Assembly (NCBI GenBank): GCA_002189035.1
Contig: NEEC01000004.1
Span: 1,364,001-1,428,000, forward strand
Reading direction: 5' to 3'
DNA length: 64,000 bases
Source: Utricularia gibba
Lineage: Eukaryota > Plantae > Magnoliophyta
In this document: piece after piece, positions 29,047 through 42,367 of the stretch
Position numbering within the stretch: position 1 is the stretch's first letter
Layout of the letters: each line of letters starts with the position of its first letter
The notes under the pieces: generated by a model
Seen by the model: only the letters and a program-made list of their open reading frames with translations
The model's database searches: none
What the model was told of the DNA's origin: nothing
Made by a program: the position numbers and the translations under genes

Positions 29047-29421
29047 CAATAAAATAAATACCAAATAATAGACTAACTGGGACCAGCAGGAGGCAGCCAA
29101 GCTAACAGGCAACAACTGACGCAAACCATTCAGATTTTTCCGGCCACCAGAACCGCCACTCTTTGACGGCGGATTCGCTTGGTTGCGTTGCCGCGGTAGC
29201 CCTAGTAGGTCGTTCCTGAAATCGTTCATGGTATTTCTGTCGGATCTGAATTATCGAAATCGCCGTTCATTTTGACTACCTACAATCGCGTTTCTGGTGA
29301 ATCAGACTTTGCTTGGCCGTGGATGAAGCTTCAGCATCGGCGTTTTTTCTTGATTACATCAATCCAGAAAAAATTCGGGTGTGCTGCGGTTTTTGTGTTT
29401 ACCTAGGAAATCGGTTTCGGT

Positions 29422-32400
29422 ATGGCTTCGGCGAAATCTTCTAGGTCACGAGCAGTACCACCCGGGAGTTCAAGCAAGGGTGTTGCTAAAGATGCTGCTA
29501 CGAAGTTTGAGGAGAATCTCAATGTTTTCAGGTCCGATAACTTCGATGCCGATGCTTATGTTAAGTCCAAGTGCGACTCCCTTAATGAAAAGGTTCATTT
29601 GCACTTCATTTTGAGTCTGCCGCGTCTTTACGGCATTGTATCTTCATTTGTGGTTAAACCAATGAAAGTTGTTTCAGGAAATAAAGCAGTTATGCTCGCA
29701 TCTGGTGGATCTAAAGAGAGCTTCTGCTGAAGAAATGCGCAAAAGTGTTTATGCTAATTATACCGCCTTTATTCGGTGAGCTGTTTTATTAGCCCCTGGT
29801 CGTAGTGCATGTTTTTATTTTTCCCGGCTCTCTGAGACGTCCTGATGTTGAGACTGCTAATTCTGTAAACTTTATGTTTTACATTGATGTTTAATGATCA
29901 TTCTGGTATTTAACCCACGCATTGGATTTTTAAGCTATTCTGCTGGATTCAGTTGAGGGTTTTGTATCAAATTATTGATGAAAGTTGAAACTGTACCCTT
30001 TTTTTCTTCTCTAAACATTTCAGCACTTCCAAAGAGATATCAGATTTAGAGGGTGAACTTTCGTCTATGAGAAATTTGCTTTCCACTCAAGCAACATTGG
30101 TTCATAGTTTAGCTGATGGAGTTCGCATTGAATCGTTATCTGAATCTTATGATGGTCATGGTGCAATTGGTTTATCAAAAAATGAAGTAACAGAACCTTC
30201 TGACGTGGAGAAATGGTCAACTGAGTTTCCTGATTTCCTGGACGTGCTGCTAGCTGAAAGAAGAATCGAGGAAGCTTTATCTAACCTTGATGAGGGAGAA
30301 CGGATTTTGTCTGAAGCTGACGAAAAGAAAACCTTGACTCCTGCTGTGATTCATTCACTACGGACTGCCATAAGTCATCGTAGACAAAAGTTAGCTGATC
30401 AACTTGCTGAAGCTGCCTGCTATCCGTCAATTAGGAGTTCTGAGCTTCGTGCTGCAATATCTGCCCTCAAAAGGCTTGGAGACTGTCCTCGTGCGCATGG
30501 TCTATTGTTGAATGCACATTACCAGAGGTATCAGCACAACATGCAAGGCATTCGCTCCTCAAGTACCTATGGAAGTGCATATACAGCTACACTTTCACAA
30601 CTTGTATTCTCTGCAATTGCTCATGCTGCCAGCGATTCGTTAGCTATTTTTGGCCAGGACACAGCTTATACCTCCGAGCTTGTAACATGGGCTACTAAGC
30701 AAACAGAGTCATTTGCATTTCTCATTAAGAAACATGCTTTAAGTTCATCTGCTGTAGCTGGGGATCTGAGATCTGCGGCAGAATGTGTTCAAATAACTTT
30801 AGGTCACTGTTCATTACTGGAAGCCCGTGGTCTTGCTCTTTGCCCTGTGCTTCTAAAACACTTTAGGCCCAGTATTGAGCAAGCTTTGGATGCCAATTTG
30901 AAACGGATTGAAGAGAGTACAACTGCTTTAGCTGCTGTTGATGATTGGGAGCTTACCTATCCTCCATCTTCCATGCGACTCTCTGGCAGGACTGGTAGTT
31001 TCACTGGAAGTATGGCTTATCAGTACAAACTTACAAGCAGTGCTCATCGCTTTAGTACCATGGCTCAGGTATATGGTTGTTCATCTTTTGATCCTCAGTG
31101 AGTGGCTCATGCATCTTTGTTTATTTTGATGTTCAATGGTTTTAGTACTGCTGTATGTTTGGTATTCTGAGTGGAATACTTTCTTGTATAGATATCTTTC
31201 AGTTTCTCATAACCTTTTCAGATGTGTGAGATGTAGGACTCAGCTTCACCTTTCTCTGATTACTTAATGCAGGATTTTTTTGAAAATGTGGGACCCTTGT
31301 TGTTAAGTATGCAGTTGGGTGGTAAAACTCTGGATGGGCTGTTCCAGGTTTTCAACTCATATGTAAACTTGCTCATCAAAGCTTTACCTGGTTTCATGGA
31401 AGAAGAGGCAAATTTTGAAGAATTGGGGAGTAAAATCGTTCGAACAGCTGAAACTGAATCACAGCAAATTGCATTGCTTGCCAATGCATCCCTATTGGCT
31501 GATGAACTCCTTCCTCGTGCAGCAATGAAGCTTTCACCGTTGAATCAAATAGGTTCCAAAGAGGACTTTCGCAGACTCTCTAGGGAACGCCAGAACCGTA
31601 ACCCTGAGCAGAGGGAATGGAAAAAACGTCTTGTACATTCTGTTGACAGATTAAAAGATAGTTTCTGCCGTCAGCATGCTCTTTGTCTTATTTTTACTGA
31701 AGAAGGTGATAGTTGTCTAACTTCCGACACGTACATAAACATGGACGGGAATATCGGCGAACCTGTTTGGTTACCATCTCCATTATTCCAGGTATGCACG
31801 CCCATTTTATGGAATCTGTGTGATAAAGTATACTTCCCTTTCATGAGCATCTTTTTTTTTTTTTCATTTTTTCGCTTCTCATTTCACACTTTTAGAGCTT
31901 GAAGTCCGAGCATGGCTCCAACAGGCAGTTCTTGTATTTACAGCAAGCAAATTTATGCATTTTTCCTCCCTTTCAGGAACTTTTTGCTAAACTGAACCGT
32001 ATGTCTAGCATGATGGCAGACATGTTTGTTGGTCGGGAAAAGTTTGCAACATTGCTGTTGATGAGGCTAACCGAAACTGTAATGTTATGGCTTTCAGAAG
32101 ATCAAATATTTTGGGATGATATTGAGGAAGGACCTAGACCATTAGGGCCCCATGGTCTTCAGCAGGTTTGCTATAGTCATATCCACATTCTTGTGTATCC
32201 CCTTCGGTTCTAAATCTATGTCCCCTTCCGTTCTAAATCATCATTCCTGTATGTTTTACACATGAATTCTTCTTTTGCAGTTTTGTTTGGATATGAAATT
32301 CGTCATGTCCTTTTCCTCACAAGGACGCTACTTGTCAAGAAACTTGCATCGTGTGGTCAATGAAATTATCTCTAGAGCATTAAAGGCTTTCTCGGCAACT

Positions 32401-32759
32401 GGCTTGGATCCTTATCAGTAATATACCTCATTGAAGCTCAGCATGCCCGCACTATTACTCCTCCTTTCTTTTTGTTCATCTATGAAAGCCTCATTTATCT
32501 TGTTGTTCCATTATTCCTTCGCTTTAATTTTTTCCTTTAACTACGAAGGCTTCACTCAGTTGTCTTGTTATTTCGCGTTTCTTACAAGTGTTCCTTTCAC
32601 AGTGTGCTGCCAGAAGACGATTGGTTTAATGAAGTTTGTCAAGATATTATCGAGAGGCTAAAGCCTAAGGCTGTTAACGGTGAGAGGGACCCCAACAGCC
32701 CAACAGCTTCTATTTCAGCGCAATCAGCTTCTTCTATCAGGTCACATGGCAGCTCCTGA
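29422..32759 (+). CDS. EXO84B: Exocyst complex component EXO84B, multi-exon
   Basis: MASAKSSRSR start; FDADAYVKSKC, SAEEMRKSVYANY, SDLEGELSSMRNLLSTQATLVH, LDVLLAERR; ends ERDPNSPTASISAQSASSIRSHGSS*. Confidence 0.9.
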
Positions 32760-33362
32760 TGCACAGGTTTTTCACAACTTGAATTTGTAAATTAGAACCA
32801 TACCATTCCTGGTACTCAAAATGTTCAGAAGTATCAATCTTCTAGTTTTCCATTTTGCTTTCCTCTTCAATAATCCACAGAGATTCCCACTGCAGCAGTC
32901 GATTTTTAGGCTGCTATGGGATCCCAATGCTCTGTTTTGATATTGGACGTATTCTTCTTTTGTGCTTTTCTGTGGTAAGAGCGGCTTTTCATTGCTTCGC
33001 TCGTTTACGGGGAGAATGGATAAAACTTTTAGGTTGATTTAGTTTCAACTGAAAGAAGTGGCGTTTACAGTCTGCTGCCTTGTTTTAACACCTCGTGTTG
33101 GAATTTGGAAACAGTCCACCCCTAGCTGTTTCTCTGACTTCTATGGAGGAGGCCATTCTACGCATTATCGAAATATTCGGGTACTAAGAACTCGGAAAAG
33201 TGGTAAAACAAAGAATACGGAGAGGGAGCAATGTTATCAAACCAAGGGCCACAAACAATGAAGCTGGTGCAGCAACGCAGCTTGGGCAACTCTTTATTCC
33301 AAACCGGCGTGGAACGGCAAAAAAAAAAAACAAAAAAAAACAAAAGCAGAGATAATGAACTC

Positions 33363-36083
33363 TCAGAGATCAAGGAAAGCGAACTCCTCGATTGCAGGTA
33401 TATCTCCGATCTTCTTTAGCGTATCCTTGTCGGGTTCTTCGTCCACTCCGATAGCCATGATCGCCATGCTCCGTTTAGCAATGCGTCCAACGCTCATGAA
33501 GCTCACGTTCACATTGCTCTCCGCGAGGATGTTTCCTACTTGTCCGATCATGCCTGGCTGATCAACCTGTTTGCACAGAATCACGTTCCCCTCTAAGCTC
33601 ACATCCACGCTGAACGATCCCACACGAATCACATGGGGGATCCCGTACTTGACTTCACCCTCGATGTTTATGATGCCGTTCTCGGATAGTGCACTCGCGA
33701 ACTTGGACTCGACGTTGCTGATCTGAAGCTGGATTGATTCTATGGGTTTCTCTGTTGAGGAGTCCACCCCAACTCTTTCTTCACTTATCCTGAGGCCTTT
33801 CTGCTTGGCTATGAAATCTGCGTTGACAAGGTTGATGTGGGAGTCTGATATGGGTTCAATGATTCCCTTTGTGATCATGGCTCTGAGAAGCCTGGTGTCC
33901 AAACTGTCTGGATCGCGAGACGATCTGTAGACTAACTTGACATTTTGGATTCCTTTTCCTCCGGCTACGAGCTGTACAGCCATTCTACCAAGCTTCTCGG
34001 CTAGAGAAACATAAGGAGCAAGCTCTGACAAAACCTGATAGGAACCACAGAAACAAAGTAGGCAGTGCACATGAGTGGATGAAAAGAAACGCAAGGACCC
34101 AATGAAACTGAAGCCGGGGCACCTCTGGAGGAACCATTGGTGCGTTGACTGCGGTTGCAGAGAGTTCTCCCCTGAGTGCGCCAACAACTGCCTCCGCTAT
34201 CTCAACAGCAACTCCTTCCTGAGATGATTTGGAACGGAGACCACAGTTCAGTGGAAGGATTAGCTTATTGTGAATTCAACATTCAAAATAAGACGGTCCA
34301 GACAAACACAACTGGACGAAGAGGAGGAACCAAACACGAAGAGCATTCTTCACCTGAGCTTCCTTGGTACTCGCTCCAAGGTGTGGTGTCACTGTGACCT
34401 TTGGATGCTGCACTAACTTGCTCTCTTTAGATGGGGGCTCCTCTGTGAACACATCAAGGGCTGCCTATTGGAAAAGTGATCAGTATCAGATTTCAGCAGA
34501 GGGGTTTGTCAGTGCTAAAACCATGATAATAGGAGTAGGTTCTTTCTCAAGATATGCATTTAGTTATGAAAGCCACAAAAGAGAGATGAACCTGAGCAAC
34601 AGTTCCGCTATCAAGAGCTCGTACAAGAGCATCTTCGTCAATCACCCCACCCTAGCAACATTTATGATGCGCACCCCTTTCTTCATCTTCCCAAAGGTGT
34701 CATCGTTGAACAGCTTGTTGGTGGTAGGAGTAAGAGGCATGTGGAGAGAAATAAAATCTGCAGAAGAGATGGCCTGATCGAAAGACACCATCTCCACGCC
34801 TATAGCTCGAGCTCTATCAGCTGCAGCATATGGATCATGAGATATCACGTGCATTCCTAGACCCTTGGCTCGTCTGGCAACTTCTGTGCCTACTTTACCA
34901 AATCCCATTACCGCTATTGTCTTGCCAACAAGAGACACTCCAACATACTTGCTGCGCTCCCATCTTCCTGTCAACCATTACAGCATATAACCGGTGAGAT
35001 TCAAGCGCTGAGAGAATTTTTTTAAGCAACCAAAATGATAAAAAACATTATTGGCCACGGCTCGAAGTGACCAGGGGAAGTCCTATCGAGCACAACCAAA
35101 CTTCTTTAACTGCTCTTTGGCATCCTGTACACGTCACAGCCAACATGATGACACTGGCTCAAACCCAAGATGTGCATTAATAAAATGATCAATATGAACT
35201 TCCCTTTAGATTTTTCTACCCAAAAAAATTCAACTATGCTACACTTCGTCCATTTTAACAAGAAAGTCCACAGACTTCAAGGAAAATCCTTTCTTATATT
35301 GCTTCAACAGAACGTCCTGGATGACATGAAGCAGTTTTTCCACTACAGACTGATCCGCATTACATCTATGTACAAGCAGAAGATCTGTTTCCATATAAAG
35401 AATTAAATAATGAAATGGAAGATAAAAAGCATCTTACCGGCTTTCATTGATGCATCAGCCTGAGCTACATTCCTAGCCATAGCGGTTAGCAAAGCAATCC
35501 CGTGCTCTGCAGCTGCGATGGTATTAGCTGTCGGCGCATTTACCACTAAACAACCAAACTCAGTAGCAGCGTGGAGATCGACGTTGTCAATCCCAACACC
35601 AGCGCGTCCCACAACCTTAAGCTTCCCCTTGGAAGCCTCAAACACCTGGCGTGTCACCTTAGTACCACTTCGCACAATCAAGGCGTCAAAGTCAGCGATC
35701 TTCGCGCACAACTCATCAGGCGAGAGATTGTAGAGGCACTCGACATTGCCGAAGCTGCGCAGAAGCGAAAGCCCAGCCTCTCCGAGTTTCTCGGAGACCA
35801 AAATCGTAGGCCTCAGAGGATCCACATTCACACCCTGATCTCTTCCCTTGGACGCCAATTCAGATTCCCGATTGGCTTCCAGGACACTGGAAACATCCAA
35901 ACGGCGGGAAATGGCGCGATTTGGCCAACTGCAACGCGTGGAAAAAGAGAAAGTTGCCAGAGATTTGGAGAACGAAAGACGCGTAATCGGAGAAGTCAAG
36001 CATCTCCTCCGACGCGAAATCGCCGATGACTTGTCGGAGACATTACTCGCAGCGGAGGAAACCGATGCGGCTACCGCAGCCAT
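33363..36083 (-). CDS. PGDH: Plastid D-3-phosphoglycerate dehydrogenase with C-terminal ACT domain
   Basis: Transit peptide [10 protein letters not shown]; [22 protein letters not shown], Rossmann [23 protein letters not shown] domain QVDQPGMIG. One G-run deletion at 34650-34652 (repair gives [13 protein letters not shown]). Confidence 0.93.
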
Positions 36084-37059
36084 TTTCGATGGATTTGAGC
36101 TTTTGGCGATCGCGAATCGTTGGATAAAGGCGATTGGCTTCGTAGATTCAGATGGATATTCCTTCACATCATATAATTTTTTATTTACCGCGCAGTTAAA
36201 TTAAAAAACAAAAGTCGTAAATGGACCACTACAAGCCCTTTTTCAGTTACCCAATCCAACCAATGTACGGCACGGTGGATGGCCCCACCGTGCACCCCTA
36301 AAAACGTTGACATTCGTATTTAAAGTTTATTAATTTGTTTTAAATCGTTTTTTATTTCAATAAATCTTCTTGATAATCAAATTTAGAGAAAAACTCAGTA
36401 ACCTAAAATTGATAAAAAAAAATTAAAATGTGTATTATTTTATGTAAGGCCATGAACCGATATTTCATATTGATTACATATAAAATGTTTATATATTTAA
36501 ATAGATAAAAAATTTTAATTTTACATGAATCTTTTTTGCTAAATAAATTTTAATTTTAATTTTATATATTTCATATTATTTTGATAAATATTTTTTACTT
36601 AAAATTTTAATTATTGGTTGGTCGTTAAATTATTTTTGTTTTGAATAATAATATATTTATATTAATCATTTTGCTAAATTGCCCAAATTATGACAGTAAA
36701 CTGATGTTTTTCAGACTGGACTGGAAGGAAACAAACGATGTCAGGAGATGATACGTGGGATGACGTAATATTTTAATTTTAAGTATTAATATTATAATCA
36801 TTGGAAATTGGAAGAACGCAGTTCGGAATGGCTGGTTTGGAGGGGAGGGGAGAGGTGTAGCAGCCAGAGACAGGAGGGATCTGGGACTTGCTTCTTCTCT
36901 TTCAGGATCCACACACATCTCACCACTCAGTTCGCCTTTACGGTTTCCCCTCTACCAGATCCGAAATCTTCCACCCTCGTCCGATTGTAGCTGAATCCGT
37001 CGAAGGAATCAGCTTATTCTTCGCGTTTTCTTTTCCGGGTCATCGTTTTTTTGGGAATT

Positions 37060-38105
37060 ATGAGACCCTTTCAACCACCGACGGCGGGGACCTCAACCGC
37101 GGCGGATCGTCTTCACCGTCGCCGGCGGAACGATCTCACTTTACCGTTGCCGCAGCGTGATCAAACTGTGGCGGTTCCTCTACCTCTTCCGCCGACCTCG
37201 TCGCAGAATCCGCAGACTATTGGATATGGGGAACTGGAGCGTGTTAGCCGAATCGGAAGCGGGGCGGGGGAACTGTGTATAAAGTCATCCATCGACCTAC
37301 TGGGAAATTGTATGCCTTGAAAGTAATCCATGGGAACCACGAAGATGCTGTGCGCGTTCAGATGTGCCGTGAAATTCAGATCCTTCGGGATGTGGATAAC
37401 CCTAATGTTGTCAAATGCCACAATCTCTTCGATCAGGTTGGGGAAATTCAAGTCTTACTCGAGTATATGGATAAGGGATCCTTGGAGGGTACCCACATAG
37501 CCGACGAGCCTACTCTGTCTTGCGTCGCTCGTCAAGTTCTCTCTGGTTTATACTATCTGCATAGACGAAGAATTGTCCATCGTGATGTTAAGCCCTCTAA
37601 TTTGCTGATTAATTCGAAGGGAATTGTCAAGATAGCTGATTTTGGCGTTTCCCGAATTCTTGTTCAAACTATGGACGCTTGTAATTCTTCTGTGGGCACT
37701 ATAGCTTACATGAGTCCTGAACGGATCAACACTGATCTAAATCATGGACAATACGATGGATATGCAGGAGATATATGGAGTTTGGGGGTCAGCATTCTTG
37801 AATTTTACCTAGGAAAGTTTCCCTTTTCTGTGGAAAGGCAAGGAGATTGGGCTAGCCTTATGTGGGCTATCTGTATGTCTCATCCACCGGAGGCGCCACC
37901 AACCGCCTCAAGGGAGTTCAGAGATTTCATTGCTTGTTGTCTCCAGAGGGAGCCTGCAAAGAGATGGAGTGCAGCGCGGTTACTGCAGCATCCTTTCATT
38001 TTACAACATGCTTCACCTCTGAGTAACCCGAATGCTAGCAATCAGGTTCGTCCCTCTCATCATCTGTTACCGCCACCGCCTGCTCCGCATTTTTCATCTG
38101 CTTGA
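37060..38105 (+). CDS. MKK5: Group C MAP kinase kinase (MKK4/MKK5-like), intronless
   Basis: D-site [15 protein letters not shown]; GSGAG[G]TVYKV after repairing the G-run at 37266-37270; [40 protein letters not shown]4 versus MKK5 not resolved. Confidence 0.88.
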
Positions 38106-38870
38106 TTGCTACGGGATGCACAAATCACTGAATAGATGAGCGATGGGATGTTGAAGCTTAATGATTTTATATTTAATGGGTGTATGCGAATGAACATCAA
38201 CTTGTTGCTCCATTGGCAAATCTGCCCTTTGGTGGCTTTTTCCCTTCCTACCTGGTTGTGCTCATGGATGTAGATGTATCTTCCAAAAGGAGATAGATCC
38301 TTGGCTCGGTTTCCCACTGTTTTTCTTCCTTGTCTTGTTGTTTTCGCTGTTTGAGTATCAAGTTTTTGTTCACCTTATTGTTTCGCGATCACTGGCTCCA
38401 TGTATATATATATAATGCACCTGGATGGGGTACTGTTTCAGTTTGCATCCAGGAAAAATCTTTTCAACCTGAGTGTTTGGTGGTATTTCGAGAACGAAAA
38501 ATCGAAGCTTAATCCACTTTGATCCCATTTGTTCTGTGAAAACCAACAGTTATGTAGTAGTTACCAATTACTTTGCATCGCCATGTCTGGTAATCTGAAA
38601 CGGTGACTTGAATCTGCTTGGTCAAGTGCCGCAGTCTAATGCTGATCAGGCTACCGCCCTTTTTGTAGTTACCAGCTTTGTTGCCCGAACCAACTACTCC
38701 TCTTCCCCAACCAGAAATTTCTACCTTGTTGTTAGTTGTATTTATTTCAGACTGCAGATTCTTAGTCTTCATTGGTTTACTGAGAGCTTGTTTTTAGCTA
38801 CCGTTTTTGGCTTCCGGAACCAGCCAAGATTTTCTAATCTTGGTCTGTAGTTCGTTTTGCTTCTGGGAAG

Positions 38871-39652
38871 ATGCCGGGGTTGGTGCAGGAGCCGGAAAGC
38901 ATGGAGGATTCTGGCGCCCTTCAACTCGCTGCAAAGATAAGCATCACGGCATTGGCTGCGGCTCTGGTATTCGCCTTCCTCGTATTCGTCTTCGCCCTTC
39001 TTCTCTGCGGCAGACGGATATGGAACCGTCGTCGAGAAACACCAACGGACAGGACGGACAACCCCCAGCTACCAGATTTCTCCGGCAGCCATCCTGATCG
39101 CAGGTCCATCGGCCTGGACCCGTCTGTCCTGAAATCTCTACCCGTTAGGGTTTTCGATCCCAAAGTATTCAGGAATGAGTCGGAATGCGCCGTGTGCTTG
39201 TCGGAGTTCACAAAGGGCGAGAAGACCAGGATTTTGCCCGTCTGCAACCACGGCTTCCATCTGGAATGCATTGACATGTGGTTCCATTCTCATTCTACTT
39301 GCCCTCTTTGCAGGAACCCCATCTCACATCACAGTCTACTTTCTTCTAGCCCAGTCCCGGAAGCCTCCCCAAACTTTCCGACCAACGTCCTGATCTGGGG
39401 CGATGAGACTCAGATCAGTGCCCTCGGCCCCCCTCAGAGTCGTCCAGCTCAACATCTTCATTCTCCACGCCAGCGGCCTGGCGACTCAGAGCAGACGCAG
39501 TTGGTGGCTCCGTACCAACCAACGAAGACGAAGAGCCCAAATCTCCTCTCCCCATCAGAATCATGAACTTGAAGCGGCTACTGGATGGCAGCAGAAGAGC
39601 TGAACCTCCCACCCGCAGGAACGCGGATCTTGAAGGAGGAACCAGAGAGTAG
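38871..39652 (+). CDS. ATL-family RING-H2 E3 ligase (TM + GLD + RING-H2), intronless
   Basis: TM helix; IGLDPSVLKSLP; ECAVCLSEF...LPVCNHGFHLECIDMWFHSHSTCPLCR. A C-run deletion at 39428-39433 shifts into the tail KSPLPIRIMNLKRLL...TRE* (TAG 39652). Confidence 0.85.
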
Positions 39653-40376
39653 TTGCCACCGGAATCAAACTTCTAACATCAGTGCAGCATCTCATACTTG
39701 TCATCCAAAGGGAAAGCTTCAACCTCTGTCATGATCTATGGATGAATGATTCATTCCCTTACATTTTCTCATATTTTCATATTCATTTAGAATGATTGAT
39801 AATCCTTCATCGATTTTCATGGTTAATCATCATTCAAAATCCGACGATCATTTTTCATTGATTATTATGTTAATTTTCATTTATCTTTTATGACTGTTCA
39901 ATTTTTCATTAATTTTTTTTATTTCAATCATAATTTTTCAAATCATGCATCCATTTCTTTTGGATCTTCTTTCCAAAAATAGCATCCCTATTCTTCTTTA
40001 TTCCAATTAAATATTTTACGTTACACGGAAAGAAATATCTAAAAATAAAAGAACATGTGGCATGGTTAACATGAAACGTTACCTACTAAAAAGGGAACAC
40101 CGTAATCAAATCATAGAGTGAGACTGTTTACAATAAATATCTAACAAAAGCTTCTGACCTAAATACCCCCTACCGAAGTAACTGCACTATCGTGTGATGA
40201 TGGCTAGTTGGTTTTTAGTGAAGGGGTAGTTTTGTAAATGCACTTAAAGAGCACGCCTCGGTTCTGTCAACGTCGAGGTTGGGCTCATCTCCTCCCATAA
40301 AGAAATAAGTAATCGGTGCTTTTTGCTCGAAAAGCAAGTCTATCATTTCATCTCAGGGAAAAGACGATAACAAGAA

Positions 40377-41893
40377 ATGTGTGGAGGAGCGATTATCTCC
40401 GACCTCGGTCTGCCGGCGCAGAGATCTCTGCGGCGTTTGACGGCGGACTTACTGTGGGGGACTGATTTGGAGAATCTTGATGCGGCGAAGAACATCGGGA
40501 AGAGATCCAAGCCTGTGGTTGAGGTGGACGATGATTTTGAAGCTGATTTTCTGGGCTTTAAAGATGATTCGGAGGCTCCTTTTGCTTCAAAAAATCTTAC
40601 CTCCAAGGGTGGGTACTCGTACGTTTTTTTTTTTTTTTTTTTGTTATCTGGTAGCGTCTTCGGTAACCTTGTGTATCATGAATGCTTAGTTTTATCAGCT
40701 TGTTTTGTTGGATTGTGTGTCGGTGTGTGTGAGTTTTTTTTTTTTTTTTGTTTGAGATAGAGTCAATTCCGGTCGATTTTTAGGTTTAGATCTGGAAGAT
40801 TATAGGGTTGCATTTTTGGTAGCATCGCATATGATGACCGTTTAGTTTTATCTGGTGGTTTTTTTTGGATTGAATGAATTCTTTTAAGAGTCAGTTCCGA
40901 TCTAGTCTTAGTTTCAGACCTGTGGCTTTTGTTGACCAACATATGTCTAGTTTCTTTTTTCAATATCAAGATTGACCAATATATGTCTAGTTGATGTTTG
41001 TTTGAAAAGGGAATTATTCCGTGCTCTAAGGCTTATTCATGTGTTTTATCTGATTTGATTTGTTTTATACCTGGAGTGTCGGGATCTGTTGGCTGTGATT
41101 CTGATGAAGACTGTGAGAAAACTTTGAAAAGAATGAGGAAGAATCAGTATCGAGGGATCAGGCAGCGCCCATGGGGTAAGTGGGCAGCTGAGATCCGTGA
41201 TCCTAGGAAAGGGTTCGAGTTTGGCTGGGTACTTTCAATACTGCTGAGGAAGCTGCAAGAGCTTACGATGAAGAGGCCAGAAGGATCAGGGGCAAGAAGG
41301 CAAAGGTGAATTTCCCTGAAGGTGCAGTCCCACCTACCTCAAAACGCACTGCCAAGCAGAAGGTGTCTCCGAAGGAGAGCCGGAACTTCATTCAGCCACT
41401 TGAAAATGAAACAATGGATTTTATGAAGATGATCAACAACGAGTACTACGAGCCTCTGATGTTCCTTGAAGAGAAGAAGCCTCCAAATCCTGTTCCGCCC
41501 CTTGATGCAGCTCATGCTTACTTTAGCTCGGATCAGGGTAGTAACTCTTTTGACTGCTCTGACTTCGGTTGGGGTGAGCACTGCGCCAACACTCCAGAAA
41601 TATCCTCTGAGATCTGTCCCGTTATTGAAGGCGAGCCTACCCCATTTGAGCTGGATGTTAGCCAAGCTAAGAAGGGAAAGATGATTCCCCGGGTTTCAGT
41701 GACCCGAAATGACAACTCCGCAAACAATATCTCAGATGATCTCGCTGCATTCACTCCCCAGGCTCCATTCCTTGACAGCAACTGGGATGGTTCAATTGAT
41801 TCCTTCCTTGATGAGGATACTACTCAAGATGGAGACTCAGTGGATCTTTGGTCTTTCGATGATCTGCTCGATGCTGCAGGCTGCGCCTTCTGA
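40377..41893 (+). CDS. Group VII ERF (RAP2.2/RAP2.12-like), 2 exons
   Basis: N-degron MCGGAIISD; AP2 domain [25 protein letters not shown][V]RVWLGTF after repairing the G-run at 41211-41213; C-terminal DLWSFDDL. Confidence 0.92.
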
Positions 41894-42367
41894 GGCCCCC
41901 CCTTCACTCTCTTGTGCCCTTGTAAATAATTCTATGTAGGTACTTTTTCCAATAACCGCACATTCCATTATCTTCTGATAACCTTTTAGAATGCTTCCTT
42001 ACTTGCTGCTTCTGGCACTCTTTTTTCAGGTGCGCTTCCTTCAAAAAAACATGCCATGAATCTTCCATCATGCATCCAACTTTCTGGTAATGTAAGGCCT
42101 GTCAGCATGTATCCATCATGAACTGGGAATTTATTTCGGTAGCATATGTTGCTTGTAAGAACGGTTAAGCTTCCAGCAAACGTGGCTTGCATCATCCATC
42201 AATCTAGCTATCTTCTGTCTGAATGTGTGCTTGCTTGCTAGTTGCTTCCGTCTATTCTGCCATATTTGCAAAATAGGCTCGTGTCAAGTCATATTTACAA
42301 AATAGGCCCACCGCATTCCCATCTCATAAGGCCCTCCCTCAAAATCCGAAATCAGTCGGCGGCCTCA

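Noticed and set aside
28909-29229. 106-aa minus-strand ORF
   Set aside because: It reads through the (TA)n microsatellite and overlaps the probable EXO84B promoter/leader; likely spurious.
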